A DNA stretch of 34,984 nt from a virus (Duplodnaviria; Caudoviricetes). Below the pieces are notes generated by a model. The model did not search any database. It saw only the letters and a list, made by a program, of their open reading frames with translations, and was not told where the DNA came from. The stretch is taken from IMG/VR virus record IMGVR_UViG_3300015370_000008, positions 1-34,984 of that record. The stretch is one strand, 5' to 3'. A program made the translations under genes and the position numbers. This document shows, one piece after another, positions 17,825 through 26,812 of this stretch. Within the stretch, counting starts at the first letter, position 1. Every line of letters starts with the position of its first letter.

Positions 17825-17999
17825 GAATCACCTCTATAATATCTTCGGCGTTATCGGAGACCGTTTCATAGGCGTCTGTCCAAAGATCTGAAACGTCCTC
17901 GGCGTCGAAATCGCCACTTGTGGAAAAAAACAGGAAAATCACGGAAATTAAGAGCGCAGAGCCTAAAAGAGACAAAAAACCGCTTGCAATTTTAAACAT
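17808..17999 (-). CDS. Small single-TM protein
   Basis: N-terminal hydrophobic helix and acidic tail; sits in the slot where HP1-like phages carry lysis genes. Confidence 0.55.
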   Translation of the reverse strand: MFKIASGFLSLLGSALLISVIFLFFSTSGDFDAEDVSDLWTDAYETVSDNAEDIIEVIHDKLD

Positions 18000-18000
18000 A

Positions 18001-18453
18001 TCAGATACCTCTCAATGATGGTTCACGGTTAACAGACTTACCCATGATGTAACATTCCCCCACCAGGCAGGGAATGTCAAAATTAAGCTCGCCCCCGGCA
18101 ATCATATCCATGGTTGGGATTTTGATCAGGGGGGCAATGTTTTCAAACGTGATTTCAAACGGGACCAAAGCTGCGCCCGTGTATGTGTTCGGGGCAGCAT
18201 GAATATTGATAAAATCCAGCGGGAGAATATCAGCCCAGGAACCCCCGGCAATAGCAAGGGGCAGGAATAGGGCTATCAGAGTTTCCGTTTTGATTGAGAT
18301 CGTCAATTTAGGGTCCACCCTCACACGGGAGCGCACCCCGTTTTTAACGGTGATATAGTCGGGGATTTCACAGGCTACTTTGGTTAAATAGATAAACTCA
18401 CCTGTGGCCCCTACAACGCGGACGTTGTCTTGTGTGTACAGTGTCGGTTTCAT
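18001..18453 (-). CDS. Tail tube protein (HP1/DUF2597-like)
   Basis: 150 aa directly after the sheath; AIAGGSWADILPLDF resembles HP1-type tubes. Confidence 0.65.
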   Translation of the reverse strand: MKPTLYTQDNVRVVGATGEFIYLTKVACEIPDYITVKNGVRSRVRVDPKLTISIKTETLIALFLPLAIAGGSWADILPLDFINIHAAPNTYTGAALVPFEITFENIAPLIKIPTMDMIAGGELNFDIPCLVGECYIMGKSVNREPSLRGI

Positions 18454-18493
18454 GGTATTTTAATATAAAAATTATTATTAAATAAAAACAAAA

Positions 18494-19780
18494 CTATTCG
18501 CTGGTAGGCGCTGAAATGGTGACGGTGCCGCCCCCGTGTTTGATCCGGTTTTTGTCGGTGACACTAAACAGGAATTCTATTCCCCCTTCCGGCGTCCAGG
18601 AACCGACAATTGTAAAATCCGTGATCTCAGGCTGAAGGGAGCCCCCCGGCTTTTTCATAATTCTCAAGCCCTTTCCGGCTATTAAAGCGGCCGCCTTTGC
18701 TCCGGCTTCATTTTTATCAAAAGAATCGTCATTAATCAGGTCAAAACCAAAATGCCTGATCTGCCTTTTACATTTATTCAGTACCCGCCTGGTTGCCATG
18801 GTTTTGACGGTATCCCCGGCCGGAAACATAACATTGTCATCATTGATATGAACCTGGGTTTTTCGTTCCGGGAATCGTTTCAAAAACACAAACCGCCCGG
18901 AATCCAGTAGGGAGAAGTGAGTCAGGGACAAATCCGGATCGACATCAACGTTTTTGAGTTCCCCGTCGATCACTTTTCCGGCGCTGGAATGCACTTTTGT
19001 TTTGGAGATCCGGCCGGTATAAGCCCCGAGGTGATTATCCTGAGTATAGGGCGCTACAATTGACATGGCGTTACAGTTGTATAGATCAAACTCATCGTCC
19101 GCCCTCATGCAATAATCGTCCGGATGTTCCTTGAGGTAAGCCCCGGCTAAAAATGTGAATGTCGCTTGAGTGCTGGTGATTGTGCAAGAGGTGTCTGTTC
19201 TGGCAGTCACAACAAAGCGGCCGAACAGTTGACTCGAATCCTCGGCCCTGGTGATCAAGATCTCATCGTCCACGGCAACTTTGTTTGCGGCCGGCAGCGG
19301 AATGACCAATGATCCGGAACCCTGAACCGCTTCAACCCCTGTAAGATCATATATATAGGATTTACGGTATTGCAGCACAAATTCAAAATCTTTTTTATTA
19401 AGTGCTTGGGCAGTGTAAGCATTTTTGACAGCGTCAGCAAAAGCCTTGTCAGCGTCATGAAAAATGGTGATAGTGCTGACATCATGACCGTCGGCAACGG
19501 CTTTGATATGATCGGCGATCAATGCGGCGGTCATTTCAACGGGATTAATACAATAAACAACCCCCCAAAACTGGCTGTTGCTGTTCAACTGTACCGTTTC
19601 CAGTTGGTCAGCCAATTCCCCGGCTCCATAAACAGACTCACAGTCTGTTGTGATGTCCAACAGGCTAAACCCCCTCAATGTTGCATGACCGGCGATAAAT
19701 GCCTGTTTGTACTCGATACTCTCCGGCGGTTCGGCTCCCCCCGTAGTTAGTTCATCAATGTCGATGCCTGTAAGTGTCAT
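18494..19780 (-). CDS. Tail sheath protein (HP1/DUF2586-like)
   Basis: IDELTTGG...IEYKQAFIAG start; LGAYTGRI, LDSGRFVF and RRVLNKCKRQIR motifs. Confidence 0.75.
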   Translation of the reverse strand: MTLTGIDIDELTTGGAEPPESIEYKQAFIAGHATLRGFSLLDITTDCESVYGAGELADQLETVQLNSNSQFWGVVYCINPVEMTAALIADHIKAVADGHDVSTITIFHDADKAFADAVKNAYTAQALNKKDFEFVLQYRKSYIYDLTGVEAVQGSGSLVIPLPAANKVAVDDEILITRAEDSSQLFGRFVVTARTDTSCTITSTQATFTFLAGAYLKEHPDDYCMRADDEFDLYNCNAMSIVAPYTQDNHLGAYTGRISKTKVHSSAGKVIDGELKNVDVDPDLSLTHFSLLDSGRFVFLKRFPERKTQVHINDDNVMFPAGDTVKTMATRRVLNKCKRQIRHFGFDLINDDSFDKNEAGAKAAALIAGKGLRIMKKPGGSLQPEITDFTIVGSWTPEGGIEFLFSVTDKNRIKHGGGTVTISAPTSE

Positions 19781-20016
19781 TTTTTATCATCCTTTTTTGT
19801 GGTGTCCTCTTTGATGTCGGGCACGTCTACAGATGCGGAGTCAGTTGTTTTGGTTTTTGACTTTTGCTCCGGCTGAGGTTGACCGGCCAGGTGTTTATTA
19901 GCCTGCTCAAGGTCTCCGTCGAACTGGATCAACGCTTTTTTGCAGTCCATTCGGGACTTGTCCGGGACCTCATCTCTCAACTTCATAACCAGATCAGGAT
20001 CAATTTGTCGTACCAT
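19777..20016 (-). CDS. Stand-alone EF-Ts N-terminal (UBA-like) domain protein
   Basis: IDPDLVMKLRDEVPDKSRMDCKKALIQFDGDLEQANKHL resembles EF-Ts [38 protein letters not shown]. Confidence 0.7.
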   Translation of the reverse strand: MVRQIDPDLVMKLRDEVPDKSRMDCKKALIQFDGDLEQANKHLAGQPQPEQKSKTKTTDSASVDVPDIKEDTTKKDDKK

Positions 20017-20017
20017 C

Positions 20018-20299
20018 TCACCCCCCTAAAACGTGGTTTTTAAAAACATAAAAAGCAGTATACAAAAACATAAAGAAAAACCCGGCAAAACAGACGATCA
20101 AAAACGTTCCATAGGAGATATCCTGTATAGGCTGAAATTTGCCGTCAAAGAGCGTTTCAGGCTTGTTTTGCCAAACTTTATAAAAGACACAACCCAGGGA
20201 TACAGTCACCGTAAAAAGCGTAACTGTGACAATCTCAGTCATCCAGGCAACGCCGGTGAAAAGAAGCGCAGCCAGTGCCGCCAGTGCTGGAATTGGCAT
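20018..20299 (-). CDS. Small multi-TM membrane protein (holin-like size and topology)
   Basis: 93 aa with 2-3 hydrophobic segments. Confidence 0.6.
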   Translation of the reverse strand: MPIPALAALAALLFTGVAWMTEIVTVTLFTVTVSLGCVFYKVWQNKPETLFDGKFQPIQDISYGTFLIVCFAGFFFMFLYTAFYVFKNHVLGG

Positions 20300-20359
20300 A
20301 GTAAAAACCTAATAAAATAAATATTATATAAATATAAAATAAATATAAAATAAATATAA

Positions 20360-21205
20360 TTATTCTTTTTTAGACTCAATCGGTTTAACACAGAACGTTG
20401 TCAACATATCCGGGTCTGAGTCCTCGTCCAGGTATTCGCCCAGGTCAAGCCCTGAATTTTGCAGGGCAACCTTAAAATTGTCGTCATCATGCGGATCAAC
20501 ATCCAACAGCCAGATGGCAAACAGATCATAGTTTTTAAAATGTTTGGAATTGGTGACAATGCTGTATTCCAATTCATACGGCGGCCGGGCTCCCTCCCCG
20601 TATGTTTTGACGCAATACTCCCTGAAATCAGGAAGTTCCAGGTTTCCAACCGGCAGCGAACAGACAATATCGCCGGATTTAACGTCCCCTTTTTCATCCG
20701 ACAAACACCCCCGGCTGTCATACTCTTTGCCTAAAATCGGATGTTTGGCTGATAACAACCGGGTGTTTTCGGTGGAGTCCCCAACATAAACAAGATCCGG
20801 GTACTCTTTATGAGGATGGGCACCGGTGGAAAGGTTGTAATCAGACAACCCGAGAAAATCTTTACCCTTTTTTATAAGGCCAGGTTCTTTGGGTTTGCCC
20901 TCAACGGCCGGTTGATTCCCGTCGACTTTGGCAACTTCAACCGCTTTGGCAGCGTCCGAGGTTGTATCATCGGTTAGATAATTGGTTACGGCGTCACCCA
21001 GGGCAGTGACATCCCCGATGGACAACCTGGCGGCTACGGATGCGGCAAAACCATCCTGTTGTTTTCCGGGGCGAAACTGCATGGAGATCCCCCAGGCGAT
21101 GAATCCGAAAAGCAGCACGCCGACAAACCCCAGGATTTTCAGTTTATTGAGATCCTTAATCCGCGAGCTCGTGTTTGATTTTGGTGTTGTTTTGAGTTTT
21201 GCCAT
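20360..21205 (-). CDS. Membrane-anchored protein with possible C-type lectin (FGE-sulfatase-like) fold
   Basis: N-terminal TM; FREYCVKTYGEGARPPYELEY and terminal FCVK resemble the YC..G.RLP..E.W and GFRCV motifs. Confidence 0.55.
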   Translation of the reverse strand: MAKLKTTPKSNTSSRIKDLNKLKILGFVGVLLFGFIAWGISMQFRPGKQQDGFAASVAARLSIGDVTALGDAVTNYLTDDTTSDAAKAVEVAKVDGNQPAVEGKPKEPGLIKKGKDFLGLSDYNLSTGAHPHKEYPDLVYVGDSTENTRLLSAKHPILGKEYDSRGCLSDEKGDVKSGDIVCSLPVGNLELPDFREYCVKTYGEGARPPYELEYSIVTNSKHFKNYDLFAIWLLDVDPHDDDNFKVALQNSGLDLGEYLDEDSDPDMLTTFCVKPIESKKE

Positions 21206-21206
21206 T

Positions 21207-22400
21207 TTAAAACCTCCCTATTTGACGTGGGCGAGTGTCCAGAGCCGCGACAATATCAGACTGAATAAACGCACGTTTCCAGGTTGTCACCGGAAGTATA
21301 CAAAAATTGTAATTGATGTGGGGTAGCTCGCTCATGGTATCAACCACGATCCCCGCGTCCTGCGAATAGCTGGCTTCGACTGCTTTGACGTGCGGGTACC
21401 CCAACCAGAACTTTTTTAAAAGTTTGGTTTTAACTTTTGAGGGCTTGTAGGGCCTGACAAAAGTATCAAAACTTAATCCTCTGTACCTGTAATGTCTTGC
21501 AAGCATTAAATCGGGGCAAATTTTACCGATCGATTGATGATTCCAGATTGTCCCCGGGGACCCAAGAGCGTCTTTAAGTTTGGGATTTGAGTCCGTAAGC
21601 TCTAACGGCTCATAGTCCTGAAACGTGGAGGCAATACAACGAGCGGCGGCCAACACCGGCAGTTCCCCGGCGTCCTCTTTTGTGATGTAGCCGGGATCGT
21701 CTGTCTTAACGTTTAGAATCGGAAAAAACAGATCCGCTTCCAAATCCCTTACCTGGATGTTTTCAATGTCGGGAACAACGAATTTAAGAAAGGCTTCCAG
21801 GTGTCCAAATGAGTTGCGAACGTCGGAAACCTTGGCAAACACACGGGCGGGTTTTGTTAAACCCTCTTTCGTGATGTACTTGCCGCGTTCCCTGAAACAT
21901 TGTTTAATTTTATCGATGGGACTGTTTTTCACGTCCGAGATCTGGCAGGATGCCAACAACAACGACAGCACACCCCCAAAACCGGACCCGGTAAAAATGT
22001 CATATTGGTTGATATCATCCAGATAATTCAGGACCGAGATTGCAGACATATCACCAATTGAGATTGACAAAACTTTTTTCCGGCCGGAAACGGGAGCGGG
22101 TGCCGACGGGATCTCTGGCAGGGATGATGACCTGACTTGCACAGGAGGAACAAAAGCCGGGGTTGAGGCGTTATCGGTTTGGTAGTCGTTAACATCGCCT
22201 ACGTGCAAAAATGCACGTGTACCAACGAGTTGATCAGGAAAGGTGATAACTGCCTCAAGCCCGATAATCTCACAGGTTGGTTGTTTAAAACCGGGCTGTT
22301 TTATCGGAATCCAAGCCATTAAATCAAGTTTTGCCTGTTCTTCCGTTAATTCAAACCTGTAAACCTTTGGAACCTTGATAGTTTTTTGGAAAATGATCAC
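21207..22400 (-). CDS. Patatin-fold protein with degenerate catalytic motifs
   Basis: KKVLSISIG (DGGG position), YDIFTGSGFGGVLSLLLA (GTSTG position), AARCIAS (AARATSA position). Confidence 0.65.
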   Translation of the reverse strand: MIIFQKTIKVPKVYRFELTEEQAKLDLMAWIPIKQPGFKQPTCEIIGLEAVITFPDQLVGTRAFLHVGDVNDYQTDNASTPAFVPPVQVRSSSLPEIPSAPAPVSGRKKVLSISIGDMSAISVLNYLDDINQYDIFTGSGFGGVLSLLLASCQISDVKNSPIDKIKQCFRERGKYITKEGLTKPARVFAKVSDVRNSFGHLEAFLKFVVPDIENIQVRDLEADLFFPILNVKTDDPGYITKEDAGELPVLAAARCIASTFQDYEPLELTDSNPKLKDALGSPGTIWNHQSIGKICPDLMLARHYRYRGLSFDTFVRPYKPSKVKTKLLKKFWLGYPHVKAVEASYSQDAGIVVDTMSELPHINYNFCILPVTTWKRAFIQSDIVAALDTRPRQIGRF

Positions 22401-23044
22401 TTTCGACCTCCAAAATTTATATGTTTTAGAATTCGTTGTTTTGCGAGGTTAATCAAAATGGGCGGATAGCTTTTTGCAATCCCTAAAATACTACGATCCG
22501 GGGTTTTAACTATCCATTGATGTTTACGAGATATCCCCCGCTTTTCTTCCTCCCGGCGGATTATGGAACCGGCGGTGCCCTGGTTAAAACGACTCATCAG
22601 GTATTTTTGGGAGCCCTTGAAACCGAGCTCCTTTAATCTCTTGGCTTGCTGCCTGGTAGCCGGTTGTTTTCTGCTTGTTTTATTATCCGGCAGATCGGAG
22701 GCGTTGACGGTCTCTTCCAGCCCGTAATGATGTTTTACGAGAATTTTATCCTTGATGATGATTAAAACGCTTTTAGCAGTCGTCAGCATATTGAACCGTT
22801 TATCGCTCCCCCCTTTAAGGGCTTTTGATAACATTTTCTTTTTGCCACCGTCCGCCCTGGGGTCATATTTGGAACCGTCCAGGTTTTGTTGATCTTTAAT
22901 CCGGGTACGTTCCAGAGACAGCAGTTTTCGGCCGAGGTCCCCGTGGATCCATTTCATTTTATTTTCCGGTACCAGCTCAGCCGCTTTTTTCAAAACGCGT
23001 TCTATTCCGCGTAAATCAACATCAATATCAGTTCCGCCAGCCAT
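22397..23044 (-). CDS. Virion morphogenesis / tail completion protein (P2 gpS-like)
   Basis: RIKDQQNLDGSKYDPR, HHYG, PATRQQAKRLKELGF, PDRSILGI. Confidence 0.85.
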   Translation of the reverse strand: MAGGTDIDVDLRGIERVLKKAAELVPENKMKWIHGDLGRKLLSLERTRIKDQQNLDGSKYDPRADGGKKKMLSKALKGGSDKRFNMLTTAKSVLIIIKDKILVKHHYGLEETVNASDLPDNKTSRKQPATRQQAKRLKELGFKGSQKYLMSRFNQGTAGSIIRREEEKRGISRKHQWIVKTPDRSILGIAKSYPPILINLAKQRILKHINFGGRK

Positions 23045-23475
23045 CAGATCCCCCTGGGTTTGTCCTCTTCAACTTCCTTGTATTTGACACCAAACAATTT
23101 GATTGTCTTTTCAAAATCGTAGTCCTCCCCATCTGCCAGCGGTACCAGTTTCACAGACTCCCTAAATTTATAATCGATCACCAACAGACAGGTTGTATCT
23201 GTTAGGGTCTCCCAGGTGTCGATTGTGTATTCCTCATCTGCGTTACCGTTGACCCCGTGCCATTCCTGCAAATAGATTTCAACGGGGATGACATCACGAA
23301 ACTTGTGGAGCTCCATTATTTTAATACTGGCCTTGTATCGTCTGGACAACCTGTAACCGACCTCAAGACGGCTGTAACTTAAAACCTCATATTCAGAAGA
23401 ATCTATCGAAAACAGGGACTTTTTAAGATTGGCATTTTCAGATATATAGTTTGCAAGGGCGTCTCTTCGGAACAT
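23044..23475 (-). CDS. Tail completion protein (P2 gpR-like)
   Basis: Position L-R-S; RYKASIKI and FRESVKLVP. Confidence 0.6.
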   Translation of the reverse strand: MFRRDALANYISENANLKKSLFSIDSSEYEVLSYSRLEVGYRLSRRYKASIKIMELHKFRDVIPVEIYLQEWHGVNGNADEEYTIDTWETLTDTTCLLVIDYKFRESVKLVPLADGEDYDFEKTIKLFGVKYKEVEEDKPRGI

Positions 23476-23477
23476 TG

Positions 23478-23876
23478 CTAAAACTCCCCGAAAGTGGTGC
23501 CGGATATACCGATAAACCCGGTAATCATCGATAAAAACTCTAGTGACTGGTTGATCAAAATGTTCTTGCGAGCTCCCGTTTCAATCGTTTCAACATCAAA
23601 ATCCATGTCTTTCATAATGTGCGGTAATAAGAGCGCTAATGTATATCCATAACGCGCCTGGTTGAGGAAATCCGTTTCCTCTTCGGACAAACTTAACCCC
23701 TCGTCAATCTCAATGTATGCCATGGCTTCCAGGTCAAAATTGCTTTTAATCTTGTATTCAGCCAGTTGAGCAAGGGGTTCGATAATTTTAGGGTCCGTAT
23801 TGCGCAACGATGAATTTGACTCGATCAGGACGTCAATATCGAACACCGGCCAGTTAGGGGGTGATTTAATTGCCAT
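23478..23876 (-). CDS. Head completion/stabilization protein (P2 gpL-like)
   Basis: Follows gpM; NWPVFDI start and ARYGYTLALLL. Confidence 0.6.
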   Translation of the reverse strand: MAIKSPPNWPVFDIDVLIESNSSLRNTDPKIIEPLAQLAEYKIKSNFDLEAMAYIEIDEGLSLSEEETDFLNQARYGYTLALLLPHIMKDMDFDVETIETGARKNILINQSLEFLSMITGFIGISGTTFGEF

Positions 23877-24666
23877 TTTCCTCTAATTCACCAGGGGCGA
23901 GCCTTAACTGATTCTCTGCAATGGTATCAGTCTGTAAATCAGACTCATCTTGCGGAACAGTCGGCTCGCCTGCGGGGTGTAGTTGCTCATACCGTTTTGT
24001 CAAACGATTGAGCATGGTTTGAACTTTTGCCTCCGGATAAACCTGAAGCGATTTAGCACAGGATTCAATCGCCTCCCTGGTTGATTCCGGGCTATTCTTT
24101 TCGAACGTGTCCAGGAGTTTAGCGTTCAGTTTCCAGATTTTATGTTCAAGCACCGGGTTAATCCGGTCCTTTTTCTCTCCACAACGTAGACGGTTCAAAG
24201 AGCGGTCAAGATACGGACGCTTCCCGTTAAACCCTTTTTGCGCCTGGTGCCTGACCCAGGATTCAATCGAGTCGTGGAAAAACTCGGTTAACGATCGCCT
24301 GAAATCCTCCGGGCAGTGTTGTCCTGACTCGATTGCGGCCGGGCAGAAAATTGAAAACTCTTCGATCTCTCCGGAATCGATCAGCCAGACGATAAACCAA
24401 GACACGATCTGATTCGGGGTTTTATTGCCCGAGCGCACCCATTGAACAGCGTGGCCACGATAAACAGCAAGGCGACTTTGCTTGTAGTTATTGCGGACTT
24501 CGTAGTCCTGCAACGTCTCAATGTGCTGCAAGTCCAGTTTTAACCGCTCATAAAGTTGATTGCGTTCCGCCGGTTTGCCGGACGGTGCAATTGTTTTATC
24601 ATGCGAATCCGGCCTGTAACCCGCTTTGTTAACTCTTTGCCTGTGTAAATTCGCTAATGAAACCAT
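23866..24666 (-). CDS. Terminase endonuclease subunit (P2 gpM-like)
   Basis: MVSLANLHRQRV, LKLDLQHI, VWLIDSGE, AIESGQHCPEDFRR, AKVQT. Confidence 0.85.
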   Translation of the reverse strand: MVSLANLHRQRVNKAGYRPDSHDKTIAPSGKPAERNQLYERLKLDLQHIETLQDYEVRNNYKQSRLAVYRGHAVQWVRSGNKTPNQIVSWFIVWLIDSGEIEEFSIFCPAAIESGQHCPEDFRRSLTEFFHDSIESWVRHQAQKGFNGKRPYLDRSLNRLRCGEKKDRINPVLEHKIWKLNAKLLDTFEKNSPESTREAIESCAKSLQVYPEAKVQTMLNRLTKRYEQLHPAGEPTVPQDESDLQTDTIAENQLRLAPGELEENGN

Positions 24667-24667
24667 T

Positions 24668-25918
24668 TTATGAAGCTGTTAAAGCATAATCGATATCATC
24701 GATGTCGATATACTCGATGTTTGTATAAAACGCCATCAGGTCAAAGTTTTCAACCGCTGGCATGGCATTTAGACTGTTGTAATCGATCAGGGCAAGTTCA
24801 TTCGGATCGTTCACTAGGTAACGCCTTAACGAGTTTTTTTGAGTGTACCAACTCAGGTTTTTCCAGGTTGTCACACAAATCGAATCGGAGGGGAAAAACG
24901 GGACCATGTAAGCCGGTAAACCGCCGTAACTTTTTGTTAGTTGTATGATATCCTTTGATTCGCTCGGGATATCTCCCCATTCTCCAAAAATTTTGGACTC
25001 TTCGTGCTGTACGATCCCCTCACCAACCATCAGCACCAGATTATTGCCGTTACGAAGCCGGGGCGGAATCATGAATTTAATGTCGGCTGCAGCCTGGCTG
25101 AGATTTTTAAAATCAGGTCTGAATGTCCAGTTAGCTGTTGGAGCTGCGACCGTTGGAGCTGCAACGGCAGGGGTACCAGAGGCGGACGTATGGGTTTTGA
25201 TACAAAAAAACTGTGTGCTATCCGAAACAACAGCGTCACCTACAACGTAGGCTGTAGCGTCAGCCCAATCGCCCTTGTTGGTTACGGTTTTGAATTTGCC
25301 TATAGTGACCCTACCACTGCCGGCGATTTGTCCCTCGGATACATAATTCGAGGGGTTAGCAATACGCAATTGCTCCGGCCAGCCGATGTCGACGTCTTTA
25401 AGATCGTTGGCCGGGTCTGTATTGTCGGCTCTGCTTGTGCCGTTCCAGGCAATGAACATTCGGTCACAGGCAATCTTGGTGATTTTGAGTTCCTGAAGAA
25501 TCTGCCGAAAATTCGGAAAGCTGGCATATTCATCGATTTTATCCCAGTCCGTCCTGATATCGTGTTCGTACCGGGTGAGCTCAATTTCTAGGGGATATTC
25601 GGACGATCCTACCAACGCCTTACGTTTAACCGTATCGGTTACTTTTGTCCGTTTGGTGATCGGAGACCCCAGGTCAGAATAGAGTTTACCGGTCTTCAGG
25701 TTGTTAACCGTAAAGTGATTAATACGCTGCATAAATTCAGTCGATTCCTGAATCTCTTTTAGCAACTGTTGAAAAAGAGTAGGGATAACACTGAATTTTT
25801 GTGAAACGTTCTGTACACCATTGGCACGCGCAACAGCCGCCATATATGAGGAAATTTGTTCTTCCCCTGTTAAAATACGTCTTTGCTTGCGATTGCTTGT
25901 TTTTTGAGATCCAGCCAT
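24668..25918 (-). CDS. Major capsid protein (P2 gpN family) with an internal CBM5/12-like insertion
   Basis: KFSVIPT, IQESTEFMQRIN, IACDRMFIAWNGTS, LKDVDIGW, GGLPAYMVPFFP, TWKNLSWYTQ. Confidence 0.93.
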   Translation of the reverse strand: MAGSQKTSNRKQRRILTGEEQISSYMAAVARANGVQNVSQKFSVIPTLFQQLLKEIQESTEFMQRINHFTVNNLKTGKLYSDLGSPITKRTKVTDTVKRKALVGSSEYPLEIELTRYEHDIRTDWDKIDEYASFPNFRQILQELKITKIACDRMFIAWNGTSRADNTDPANDLKDVDIGWPEQLRIANPSNYVSEGQIAGSGRVTIGKFKTVTNKGDWADATAYVVGDAVVSDSTQFFCIKTHTSASGTPAVAAPTVAAPTANWTFRPDFKNLSQAAADIKFMIPPRLRNGNNLVLMVGEGIVQHEESKIFGEWGDIPSESKDIIQLTKSYGGLPAYMVPFFPSDSICVTTWKNLSWYTQKNSLRRYLVNDPNELALIDYNSLNAMPAVENFDLMAFYTNIEYIDIDDIDYALTAS

Positions 25919-25928
25919 TTATAGCCCC

Positions 25929-26810
25929 TTATGCTAGGTATTTATCATCTTTGGAATTTTCATTGTCGTTGAATTCTCCGGTTACGTCGGCAATGTCATC
26001 GCCTAAATCGGTACCGGCGATTATTTCCAGATTGGCGATGCGGTCGGAAAGTTTTTGATTAATCTCTTTTAACTCTGTGATGCCGTCCAGCTTGGAACCA
26101 AAGTCCTCAATGACAGTCAGGACTCTGCCTAGTTTTTCATCCTGTGCCAGGTCTTCGGTATCGGTTTCCTCTTCCTCTCCCCCGCCTGTATCGGAATCGC
26201 TCAAAAATTTTGCTTCCAGCGCTGAGAGACGTTCGTTAAACGTTTTAATGTCGTTATCACTCATTTTTTTACCCTTTAAGATGTTTAAGATTTGCTGTAA
26301 CTTCCCGTCAGAGCCGGAATTGTCAGATGGATTGTTCCGATCGGACAACAACGTTAATTCTTCGCATTTTACCGGCTCTGTAAGAAGATGGTCCCCGGTA
26401 CGTTCTGAAAGATGAAATTCTTCAAGTCCCAAACAGGCCGGGCGGGTTGTTGCGGCTAATCCATACAGATAGGTTGCGCCGGTTTTTGGGAATTTTAAAT
26501 GGAGCTCGCCGGAAAAGAAAATGCCGTTCATATCACGCGAGAGTTGCACCAAATCGGCAGTTGCGGCCAACCTCGCGAAGACCGCCTTAACGCCGGATGG
26601 TGCAACTCCCTCCTTGGTTTCCCAAACCTTGCCAAAATAAGATAAATAGTCGCGGTGCTCCCAATTAATTTTGGCCGTGTAGACGTTGCGATCGTACGTT
26701 GCGGCGCAGTCAGTGACCATTTTATCAGTAACGTCCCGACCGTCTATCGTTTGCCCGGACGTCATGATCAAAATCCAGTCGGTGATCAGGTTGTTTAGTT
26801 TGTCAGACAT
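25929..26810 (-). CDS. Capsid scaffolding protein/protease (P2 gpO-like)
   Basis: TSGQTIDGR, YTAKINWEH, TYLYGLAATTRPACLG. Confidence 0.9.
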   Translation of the reverse strand: MSDKLNNLITDWILIMTSGQTIDGRDVTDKMVTDCAATYDRNVYTAKINWEHRDYLSYFGKVWETKEGVAPSGVKAVFARLAATADLVQLSRDMNGIFFSGELHLKFPKTGATYLYGLAATTRPACLGLEEFHLSERTGDHLLTEPVKCEELTLLSDRNNPSDNSGSDGKLQQILNILKGKKMSDNDIKTFNERLSALEAKFLSDSDTGGGEEEETDTEDLAQDEKLGRVLTVIEDFGSKLDGITELKEINQKLSDRIANLEIIAGTDLGDDIADVTGEFNDNENSKDDKYLA

Positions 26811-26812
26811 GG

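Noticed and set aside
19777-20016. Calling this gene tsf
   Set aside because: Only ~40 residues of the N-terminal domain are present; the EF-Ts core is absent.
9423-21205. Diversity-generating retroelement acting on the fibre or CLec protein
   Set aside because: No reverse transcriptase and no TR/VR repeat pair seen.
7730-26415. Many plus-strand ORFs in the track (e.g. 14832-15455, 16303-16848, 25004-25591)
   Set aside because: Antisense shadows of the well-supported minus-strand late operon, with no motifs of their own.
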